Positions 23,846 to 34,760 of a stretch of 64,000 nt of DNA are shown here, piece after piece. The translations under genes and the position numbers were made by a program. Location: assembly GCF_026210795.1 (NCBI RefSeq), contig NC_089433.1:5580001-5644000 (forward strand), written 5' to 3'. The DNA comes from Rhizophagus irregularis (lineage: Eukaryota). Position 1 is the first letter of the stretch; every line of letters starts with the position of its first letter. The notes under the pieces are model-generated. The model did no database searches. It was given only the letters and a program-made list of their open reading frames with translations, and had not been told where the DNA came from.

Positions 23846-24818
23846 TTGCCTTTTCCGCTTTTACAACTATTTCCAAGGTTCACGAATGCCGAATGATCTA
23901 AAAAATGTAAAACAAAATAGATCAGCCCTAAAATCACTAAGTGGCTCATTGCAGATAGGAGATTTCTCCTATTAGCATACACTTCGCTAAACTATCTATC
24001 AAAATACAAATCTAAAACCTATGAGTGGCTCATTGCAGACAGGAGATTTCTCCTATTAGCACGCACTTGCTAAACAATCTTTCAATATATAAATCTAAAA
24101 TCTATGAGTGACTCATTGCAGACAAGAGATTTCTCCCTTTAGCATGCACTTCGCTAAACTATCTATCAAAATATGAATCTAAAACCTATGAGTGGCTCAT
24201 TGCAGACAGGAGATTTCTCCCATTAGTATGCACTTCACTATACTATTTATCAAATATAAATCTAAAATTATGAGTGACTCATTGCAGACAGGAGATTTCT
24301 CCTATTAGCACGTACTATCTACACTCTATCCTACCCATATTATAACGATAAACTATCAAGCATATTATAAGCTAAATTTAATTTACTATAAACTTCTTTA
24401 ACGGGCTGAGTAAACGACTTATAACAGATAGGAGAATGTCACCCTGTTAGCTCGCACTTACTATTTTCGTCATCTTTATTTACTTCCTGCGCGGATTTAT
24501 CTATATAATTATTAAAGGTTACTAAATAACAAATGAACTTTATCTTGAAAAACAAAATTAAAAGTACATGCCATTTATAAAAGTTTCCTCGTACTGCTTA
24601 GTTAACTTATTTACCATTAGTTTGCTTTGCATATATTTATTGTAATTTTTAAGTCTATTAATATCTTTCTGATGTTTAAGTTTAGATCTCTTTTTTTTCT
24701 TTTTTTTAATTTTCGAAACTGTTCCATTTTTTTCTCTTCTTAATATATTCTGTTTTCTGTCTAACGCCCGTTGTGCACTATTTCTCTGTTTTTTTGGCGA
24801 GTTATTTACCGTTACCAT
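23846..24818 (-). CDS. Lys/Arg-rich multi-exon hypothetical gene (3' end unresolved)
   Basis: ORF MVTVNNSPKKQR...FING followed by phase-compatible exons near 24500-24462 (DKSAQEVNKDDEN) and 23897-23846 (HSAFVNLGNSCKSGKG). The first donor would be GC. Confidence 0.4.
23930..24315. repeat. ~84-bp tandem repeat, 5 copies, with aggaga-tt-tctcct hairpin
   Basis: Unit agtggctcattgcagacaggagatttctcctattagcacgcacttcgctaaactatc...; degenerate copy near 24425-24460. Confidence 0.9.
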
Positions 24819-24899
24819 TTTTAAGATTTAAAGTGAACAGTAGAAGAAAAAAATGTTTTTTTGAGATGCGAAAAGAAAAAATTTTTTTGTGAGGGAATA

Positions 24900-26108
24900 G
24901 GACCCCGCTTACTTCTAATAGAGGTCTCCGAAAATAATAAGGTAAAATTGTATATAAAATTTAATATTTACCTTATATATACTAATTTGAAATATTGTAC
25001 AACAATTATTACAATATTTGGTAATATACGTTTTATAATTTTTTCTCAAAATAAAAAATTTATTCTCTTCTTTATACTTGTAAAAACCATTTTATATTTT
25101 TAATTTTATTTGCATTAGCACTATCTTTTTGAAAATTATTACAAAAATTAGCTTTTAAAATATAAAAATTCGTACAGCAATTAGCAACTTCAGAATTTAA
25201 TTTCAGTACTTTGGTTAAATCAAATCATATTTTACTATCTAAGAAAGTTGTTTAGTAAGGTCGAACTACTTATATTTGAATTTTTATAGCAGTTGGAGTA
25301 ATATTTATTGCATACGAGCATTTTTTTATTTTAATATTAACTTAAAATTTACGTTTTTTGTTTATTAAATTCGGAGCGTAATTTGGGCATTTTAGTCAAA
25401 TGAAATCACCTTTTTAAGCTTAAGTAATATTGTTCGGCGAGATCGAAACTACCTGAATATTAATTTTCATAAGAATCAGTTTAATATTTACGGAATACGA
25501 GCAATTTTCGCACTTTTAATTTTTTTTTATTTTCCCGATCAGTGATTATAGGGCGTAATTTGGGCACTTTGGTCAAATGAAATCACTTTTTCATGCTTAA
25601 GTAAAGTTGTTCGGCAAGGTCGAAAATATTTAGATAAATATTTTCATAGCAGTTGGATTAATACTTATGGGGTACGAGCATTTTTTCATAATAATACCAA
25701 TTACGAATTTATTTTTTTTAAAAAAAATTAATTAGATTTTTTTAAAGAAAGTAAGTGAATAATAGTTTCGAAGTAAAGTTAAAGATGTGTGTCTTTAAGA
25801 TTTTTTTTATAGTATTTTTGTAATTCAAAGTACTTTTTTTACTAATAAAAGTTATTTATCTTTAAAGAATAAGAATTAAACTTAGTAAAAATAAAAAATT
25901 TTTAAAATTTATTGTAATGATTATAAAATATTTTGTTTATTTAATATTTAAAAAAATTTAGGTCTCTGAAAATCTAAGGTAAAATTTAATATAATTTTAA
26001 AAGGTCACTATATATATATGGTAAAATTATGAGATAAGAAAGGTTGGTAAAATTACTAGTAAATCTGAAATTTTGCCCGGAGACCTTTATTAGAAGTAAG
26101 CGGGGTCC
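24900..26108. mobile_element. Non-autonomous TIR element, 31-bp TIRs, TA flanks
   Basis: ta|ggaccccgcttacttctaatagaggtctccg ... cggagacctttattagaagtaagcggggtcc|ta, with three ~180-bp internal direct repeats (25210-25690). Confidence 0.88.
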
Positions 26109-26832
26109 TACGATTATTCCGATTCAGACGAGAATGATCCAAATTTGATATCTAGTTTAAAGTCTTTAAAACTGCAATCATGCAATCGATCAAGTTTATT
26201 TTCTGCTGACTGAGTTATCAATTAAGTTTGTGGCTGATTGGGTGGGTCACTGGTTTGAGAATTTTTATATTAAAAGCCATCAAAAAGCACATGATAACCT
26301 TGACATTTTAAATATGCTCATAGTAATTACGTAAAAGTTCTACAAAAGGCCTACTTCTCTTATTAGCGTTAGACATATGTAATAAACTTCACGTGATTTC
26401 TTATCAATTTGTTGAATTTCTTTTTTTAGTATCATTATATCATAAATAATTTCGATGTAACTATAATATCTTATATAATAACAATTAACGATAAAGTTAT
26501 ATTTCTTTCTAATTATTCCAATTTCTAATGCAGTAGATTGAAGATTCAATTAACAATGACTTACTCAAACTGTACAAATATGAAGAATTTAAAAATGTTA
26601 TTAAGATATACGAAGGTCATTGCTTAGAAGTATACAGCGTGGTTTACAAAACTCATCATTTTGCGATAAAATCACTACTTTATGATAATGATAAATGCAT
26701 GAATGAAATGTTCTGTGAGGTTGTTATTGCATATTTTGCTGTTTATTTTAAGATAAATTAAAAAATTTTTTCGGCATTTATTTAGATTCAACTTTATTGT
26801 CAAGTGAATTACTGTTCTGTCTCAACAATATA

Positions 26833-29800
26833 CACTGGTCGAAATCATTTCTTTCGGCATTAATACCTTTTGTCAAAAGTTCATTATCGTCATCACGTGA
26901 TTTGTCACACATTCGGCTAATCACAAAAATCAGAAAAAGTTTGGCATAAAGATTTTTGGTCGATTTATGGTTGAGTTGTAATATAAAAAAAACCATAAAT
27001 CGACCAATACTTTTTTTTATCGATTTTTTATTAACAATGACAATCGACTTAAAACTTTTTTGACGATTTTTAACCAAATTTTTAATTAATTAATATCAAT
27101 AATATTTGACAATCAATTGTGCAATTCCGCAATTAGTCTGCAAATGTGGAACTGTAGCATTATTATAAACACATTTTACTGACAGTTTCTATCATATTTT
27201 TCAAAAAATGCATTTGAATTGGTAAAAAAATGCATTTTCGCAAATAAAGAAATCCAAATTCGGCCGGATAATTTGACAGATTATCCAATATCCATCAAAT
27301 TTTCTGGCCAAATCGCCTTTTTTTATCTTTTTTATCTTTTTAATTTAATTAATATAAAAATATTAATATTTAATATATATATTGTTTTTAAATTAATTAA
27401 TACATAAAAAAAAACACCAAAAAAAGGCATTTCGGCTGGATAATTTGACGGATTATCCAATATTTGTTGAATTATCCGGTTTATGACTGAATATTAAAAA
27501 AATCAAATCAGCCGGAACATCAATAACCGTCAAATTGACCGGCTGATCCATTTTTTTAAAAAAAATCGTTCTTTTTTAAAAATTATTAATGAAAAATGAT
27601 TTTTTTCTTTTACTTTAATGATAAGAAATAATCGTTTTCGATTAATAAGTTTAAAATTATATATTTTTTTGCAATTCCGCAATTTATCCGCAATTACGGA
27701 TTATTTGCCGCAATTACCTATTTGCAGCACCATCTTTAACGTGAGATTATCCAGATCAAGTTAAAAAAAAAGCATGTTTTTTTAATGTGGCTCCTTCACC
27801 TCTATCTATTTCTTTCTCCCTTTTTTCCTCTCTCTTATTTCGTTATTTCCCCTCCCTTATTTCGTTCTTTTCCTTTCTTTTGCCCTTATTCTTCTATTGG
27901 CGTTGATAGGAAAAAAATTTTTTTATTTGTATTTTTTTATTTTGTAGGTTTCGGCTTTTAGTTCTTGAGCTTTGGATATATGAAGTTTCGAAGTGAAAAC
28001 TTTGAAACTTTTTTTAAAAAAATTGTTGGATATATAGGTGAGTTTTGGAGTGAAAAATTTAAAACTCTAAAAAAAACTATTTTTTGTAATTTTTTCTTTC
28101 TTATATTTTGTAGGTTCTTTCGGTTATAGGGCTTTAGATATATGAGTGAGTTTCGGAGTGAAAACTTTGAAACTTTTTTTAAAAAAAATTATTAAATGTT
28201 TTTAATTTTTTTTTCTTCTATTTTGTAGGTTTCGACTTTCGGTTCTTGGGCTTTGGATATATGGGTAAGTTTCGAAGTGAAACTTCGAAACTTATTTTAA
28301 AAAAAAATTACTTTTTTAATTTTATTTTAATTTTCTTTTTCTATTTATAGGTTTCGACTTTCGGTTGGGCTTTAGATAAATAGGTGAGTTTCGAAGTGAA
28401 AGAATCGAAACTCTTTAAAGAATAATTTTTTTAATTTTTTTTTTTATTTTGTAGGTTTCGACTTTTGGTTCTTGGACTTTAGATATAAGGGTAAGTTTTG
28501 AAGTTAAAACTTCGAAACTTTCTTTTAAAAAGTATTTTTTTAATATTTTTATCTTCAATTTTGTAGATTTTAGCTTTCGATTATTGGACGTTGGATATAT
28601 GGGTAAGTTTCGAAGTAAAACTTCGAAACTTTTTTTTTAAAAAAATATTTTTTTTAATATTTTAAATTTTTTATCTTCAATTTTGTAGATTTCAGCTTTC
28701 GATTATTGGCGTTGAATATATGGGTAAGTTTCGAAGTTAAAACTTTGAAACTTTTTTTTAAAAGTAATTTTTTTTAATTGTTTCTTTTTCTATTTTGTAG
28801 ATTTCTTTCAGTTCTTGGGCGTTGGATATATAGGTGAGTTTTGAAGTGAAACTTCAAAACTTTTTTTTAAAAAAATATTTTTTTTAATATTTTAAATTTT
28901 TTATCTTCAATTTTGTAGATTTCAGCTTTTGATTATTGGGCGTTGGATATATGGGTAAGTTTTGAAGTTAAAACTTCGAAACTTTTTTTTAAAAGTAATT
29001 TTTTTTAATTGTTTCTTTTTCTATTTTGTAGATTTCTTTCAGTTCTTGGGCATTGGATATATAGGTGAGTTTCGAAGTGAAAGAATCGAAACTCTTTAAA
29101 GAATAATTTTTTTAATTTTTTTTTCTATTTTGTAGGTTTCGACTTTCAATTATTGGGCATTGGATATATGGGTAAGTTTTGAAGTGAAACTTCGAAACTT
29201 TCTTTTAAAAAAATATTTTTTTTAATATTTTAAATTTTTTATCTTCAATTTTGTAGATTTTGGCTTTCGATTATTGGGCGTTGGATATATGGATAAGTTT
29301 CGAAGTTAAAACTTTGAAACTTTTTTTTAAAAGTAATTTTTTTTAATTGTTTCTTTTTTCTATTTTGTAGATTTCTTTCGGTTCTTGGGCATTGGATATA
29401 TAGGTGAGTTTCGAAGTGAAAGAATCGAAACTCTTTAAAGAATAATTTTTTTAATTTTTTTTTCTTCTATTTTGTAGGTTTCGGCTTTTGGTTATTGGAC
29501 GTTGAATATATTATATGTAAGTTTCGATCAGAATGAAAGAATCGAAACTTTTAAAAAAAAATATTTTTTAATTGTTTCTTTATTCTATTTTGTAGATTTC
29601 GGCTTTCGGTTCTTGGGCGTTGGATATATAGGATAGGTGAGTTTTGAAGTGAAAACTTCAAAACTTTTTTTAAATAGAATTATTTTTTTTAGTTATTTTT
29701 TAATTTTTTTCTTCTATTTTGTAGGTATCGGTTTTCGGTTCTTGGGCATTAGATATACGGATGAGTTTCGGAGTGAAAACTTCGAAACTTTTTTTTTTAA

Positions 29801-30841
29801 AAAAATATTTTTTTTTTTAATTTATTTTAATTTTTTTTTTCTTTTTTGTAGGTTTTGACTTTCAGTTCTTGGGCTTTGGATATGTGGGTAAGTTTCGAAG
29901 AAACTTTGAAACTTCAAAACTTATTTTAAAAAAAAGATATTTTTTTAATTTTATTTTGATTATTTTTCTATTTTGTAGGTTTCGACTTTCGGTTGGGTTT
30001 TGGATATATAGGTAAGTTTCCACTTCGGATTTTTGGTTGGGTAAGTTTCGAAATATTTCGAAACTTAAATTTTTTTTATTAAAGAATTGGTTTACTAACC
30101 GTTTCTTTATTTTTTTTTGTAGATTTTCCTTTGGACTTCTATTGAATGGGTAGGTTTTGAATCTTCAAAACTTTGACCTTTTATTATTGTAATAATAACG
30201 GTTTACTAACCATTTCTTTATTTTTTTTTTGTAGGTTTCTCTTTCTTCATCTTTTTTGTCAGATAGAGTAAGTGATAGATAATTTTGGATGAGTGGATGA
30301 TGGTGGACGATGGTGGACGATGGATGGTGGATGATGGGTAGTAGACGATGGATGTGGAGGATGGTTGACAATGGTTGACAATGGATGGTGAATGGTAAAT
30401 GGTGAATGGTGGATGGTGGATGGTAGGTGTAAATAGACAGATACTGTAGAATGTATATATTAGATATTTAATATGATAATTTTTAATATGTAATTTTAAT
30501 AAAGCGAAATAATAAAATTTAATCAATTGATTGTTATTACAAAATTAAAAATAAGCTAAATACATAAAATTATTAACAATTAGACAAAATTAGACTTAAT
30601 TTCATCCAACATTCGGCAATTTGAAATTTGGACGAATGTCTAGTAAAAGTTGACGAATAGTTTATTTCCGATTTTTTAATGAATTTTGCCGATTTGTGAT
30701 TGCCAAGTGGCAGGCGAAGTGTGCAAATCGTCCATAATAACTTTGACGATTTTTTTGGCAATGATCAGCTGAATTTAAACCAACTTTCGTCCAACATTCA
30801 TCAATTTGAAATTTGGATGAAATGGACTATTCTGACCAGTG
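26833..30841 (+). mobile_element. Non-autonomous CACTA/CMC-like element (CACTG ends, 3-bp TSD)
   Basis: ata|cactggtcgaaat ... attctgaccagtg|ata. The paralogous kinase near 52080-52098 shows the empty site. Confidence 0.9.
27940..30240 (+). repeat. Micro-exon/intron-like tandem array A (~20 units, ~115-bp period)
   Basis: ttttgtag|GTTTCGACTTTCGGTTCTTGGGCTTTGGATATATGG|gtaagtttcgaagtgaaacttcgaaactt. CT-rich leader at 27790-27900, (tgga/tgg)n tail at 30287-30425, aataaa near 30500. Confidence 0.85.
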
Positions 30842-32055
30842 ATATGGAGTGACTAGAAAAGGTATATTAAATTAATTTTAAAAAAATAAAAAATTTCATT
30901 AAATTAACATTTAAATTATAAGGAAAGGATAAGCCATTTTCCTTAGTATTGGAATTTGCAGAAAATGGGGAAATGATTGAGTATTTTCAAAATAGTCGTC
31001 AAACTATTTATATGGACGATTTTGTAAATATAATTGTACAAATTACGAGATTAATATTATATTTGCATGAAGAAGATATTTTTGGCATCAATATTGTATG
31101 ATAATTTCTTATAAAAATTTGCATATTATTTTAAATCAATTATTATTAAATTATTCTGATTTTCAGAGTTCCAATATTTTACTTGATAAAAAGGGAAGAG
31201 TTAAACTGTTAAGTTTGGAGCTATCAAATAGAATTTTAAAAAGTTTTCAAAGCAAAAATCAAGATATTATTGATTTTGGATCCATTTTTAAAGTTATTAA
31301 GTTTAAGGATAGAGAATATAACAAATTACTTAAAGGTAATGAATTTACTTATTATTAATTTTTATAATTATTGTACTAATCATACCAACATTATTGTGAC
31401 AGATTGTATAAATACTAGAAGGCTAGAAGATTGTATTAATAGGTTGGAATCTATGGGTCGATCTACTAAAGGTAAATGATGTAATTTATGACTATTATTA
31501 GTTCAAAAGCTAATTAATTTATGAATAGGACAGAAAGTCGAAATTGTCGTAGTGAAAAAATGAAAAAAAACATCTAGTATATTTTATAATGTATTAAGTC
31601 ATAAAAATCTAAAGTATAATAATAAGAATAGTATCGCATTTAAAGTTAAATTGAAATGAACGGAAAGCATTAGCAAAAGAGTAAAAAACCAACATATTGA
31701 AATGAAATGAAAAAAATAATACAAATGTAATTATTTGATTTAGTTAATATATGATGACAACGATTATAAGTTTGAAATTAGGCAAATATTAAATTTAAAG
31801 CACAATGCAATACAATGCAATCAACACAGTAGATTCAAAATAATACTTTGATTAATAATACAATCAGTAATGTAAAAACACTTGTTTTTAAGTATAGTAC
31901 ATAAATAAGATATATTACTTAAAGGAAAAATAAGTTGCGGAAATTACCCAGTTATTATGACAATTTTTTAATAAACGTAATTATCAAGCAATATAATTGC
32001 ATTGTTCATTATGTATATAAACTTAGTTATTTTCAGAAATGTAAAAATACATCAA

Positions 32056-32316
32056 ATGAATCATAAATATAAAAAGAAGGAAAAAAAGAAAATTTCTGAT
32101 TATAGATGCCATAGATGTTGGAAAATAAGTGAGCGTTTAATTCCATGGCACGATGATGACTTTAACAACGAATTAAAAGAATGCTTTGCCAAATGTGGAA
32201 TTAAAGTAAATCATAATCATAAGTTATGCAGCAAATGCATTGAAAAAATAAATTTAGAGAAAACCAAACTCAGTGAATTAACTAGAATAATAAAAAAATT
32301 TAAATTTATTATATGA
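32056..32316 (+). CDS. Small C2-C2 zinc-binding protein
   Basis: CHRC...PW...C..C...KLCSKC in an ATG-initiated ORF. Confidence 0.5.
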   Translation: MNHKYKKKEKKKISDYRCHRCWKISERLIPWHDDDFNNELKECFAKCGIKVNHNHKLCSKCIEKINLEKTKLSELTRIIKKFKFII

Positions 32317-32695
32317 TAAATAACAAAGAAAATTTTGTTTAGCAGAAAAATTTATTGTATAGAATTTTTTTAATTATAAATATTATGTTTGGGGAAAAAA
32401 ACGGATTCGTTTATATTATAATTTATGTAATTGTTAGAAAACTATCACTATAAAGAAACGATTATAATATTTTGATGCTTTGATACTACCGATCAAATAT
32501 GGAAATATTTAGTTTATCACTTAGAAATAGGTGTAAATGTATCAAATTTGGTTGTAACTGCGTGTGATTTAAAACTAAAAAGTAAAGAAGTCATATTTCA
32601 ACTGACCGCAGCATTGATCTTTGCTGCGCAATGAAATAAAATATAAATATACTAATCGTGATACATTATTTTTTTTCTTTTTAGTTTAAAAGAAG

Positions 32696-33613
32696 ATGTC
32701 TTCACTTGGTGTTTGCAATATTAACAATAAATTTTGTGGTTGCCAAACTTATATGGAAAACGATAATAATCCAGGAAAATGTTTTTATTGCAATCATTTT
32801 AACGCGTTTCATACCGGGTTTTCCATTTTGTTTCGAAATTCTTCAACGCCATTTTTGGGAGCTTGCCAAAAAGAGGGAGCTTCATGTGGATGTCAAGCTT
32901 TTTTCGCTGTTCCTAATGACCGATTGAAATGCAAATATTGTGATCATTTTTCTGCACTTCATAAGATGACTTTTCCAAATAGTGTTTCTAGTTTGTCCGA
33001 ATCTATCAACAAAAAGTCTGTGGGCATTATTAGAAGGGAGGGAAATAAAATTTTAACTACAGGTCATCCCAAAAGCCAATCACTTACTCTTAACAATATA
33101 TTATTGTTTTTTAAAGATAGTTGGAAAAATAAATCAGCTCCAAGAAAAAATACTTCGACTTGGAAAAAAATGAAGAAAAGAGGTTTAATTATTGAACGAG
33201 TAACATTTAATAAGGATGATATTAAAAATTTTAATACTAAAATTGTTAGTTTATTTCAAATTGATATTGTTGCGAATAATATCATTATATTAAAAGGTAC
33301 TAAAGGTGAATTTAAATCTTCAATTTGTCAGGTAAAAATTATTTAATATTGGGTTCTAAATTAACAGTTTATTTTTTATATTTTAATTCTTATTTTGTGT
33401 TGTGTTTTAGAATAAAACATTAAAGAATTTGAGATCAAATATATCAAAAAGCAACAGAAAATTGTATCTTGGTAATTACATTTTTAGTTAGCATTTCTTT
33501 TTAATAATGTATTGATATTTATTAATCATGTTGCTTTAACAACAATTTTAGCATTGGTAGATAATTCCAATGACGAGTCTTCTGTGATGAATATCAAAAA
33601 CTTGATTAGTTGA
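32696..33613 (+). CDS. Cys/His-rich tandem zinc-module protein, paralog A (exons 32696-33331, 33411-33471, 33552-33613)
   Basis: Two C-x6-C-x-C-x12-C-x2-C-x-H-x4-H modules. Intron positions and exon 2 (NLRSNISKSNRKLYL) are shared with paralog B. Confidence 0.85.
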
Positions 33614-34448
33614 GATTTTATAGACTAAATTTACATAGTTATTCTAATGATTATTGGCAATTTTATTCACATAAAAGATTAACTAAAAACGGATAAATAA
33701 AATAAGAATCACGTAAATTACGACAACATTAAAAAAATTATTTATTAGTAATTAATAGAAGTGGTATAAAGAGTACATAAGCTATATAAAATAATATCAC
33801 TCTTTTCATTTTTTGATTTTAGATGAATTTTTATTAATGTTATCTATATCAAATCAAAAGTATCGAACTTGATATTGTAATAACCAGTCTTCTTGATAGA
33901 CTTATATGTTTGTACCTATACCTCTGCCTAAGAGGTTACATTCTAAAATTCATTTTTTAAAATTTTTTTCATTCTCGCGAACCTTTTAGTAGTTTTCTCA
34001 GTAAGAAATTATGAGATTTTTTAATTTCAGAAATTTTTTTATTAGCGAGAAAATCGATGCTCTCAAATTGATCTGACATGTTGCATTCTTCAACAAATAC
34101 AAAAATTAGTTGATGAATCAACAAAACTTATAAGCCTCTCAAAGAACACCAATACAAAAAATATAAGACCTTCTGTTGATTAAGAACAATTTTCCATTTT
34201 TTTATGACTGAATAATTATACAAAATATTAAAAAGAAATCTATACAACTTTTTTTTGGTTAAAGCACATTGTAATAAATATAATTATTATAGTAAATATG
34301 TATTAACTTTATGTAGTACTACAACTTAATTATGTCATAATTGCATTGCATTATTGAATTATGATTTTTAGACTCTAAGTATTATGTATTATTGCATTAT
34401 GAAATTAATTTATATATAACAACTATTTTTCCTTGAAAAGTATCAAAG

Positions 34449-34760
34449 ATGTTGCGAAACATATGCGATCATCAATGTCAATTATCTTCAATAACAATTA
34501 AATGGCCAAGCAATTCGATCGTTTACCAAGCTTGTTTAGTAAAAAATTGCGATTATAATTGGTATTATGACTATAAATTATGTGAAAAATGCAAAATTTT
34601 TTTAGATCGATTAAAAAAAAATACAACGACTCTGTTATTAAAAAAAAATAGATCGCGTAATAAGAGTTTAAATTCAAGTCAACATTTGTGTAGTAACAGC
34701 GTTATAAAAAAAAACATTTTTCAAATTAAGGATAGAATCAACATTAACTTGATGTATTAG
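34449..34760 (+). CDS. Small Cys-rich protein resembling 32056-32316
   Basis: CDHQC...KW...C...C...KLCEKC. Confidence 0.45.
   Translation: MLRNICDHQCQLSSITIKWPSNSIVYQACLVKNCDYNWYYDYKLCEKCKIFLDRLKKNTTTLLLKKNRSRNKSLNSSQHLCSNSVIKKNIFQIKDRININLMY

Larger units (their letters stand above)
26528..31562 (+). pseudogene. Degenerate TKL-type kinase-like gene, copy 1, split by a CACTG element
   Basis: MQ*IEDSINNDLLKLYKYEEFKN..FAIKSL; IYGVTRK; FSLVLEFAENGEM; YLHEEDI; SSNILLD. Several GT-AG introns. Colinear with copy 2. Confidence 0.8.

Noticed and set aside
30165..30526. His/Pro-rich ORFs
   Set aside because: Antisense translation of the (tgga/tgg)n tail of array A.
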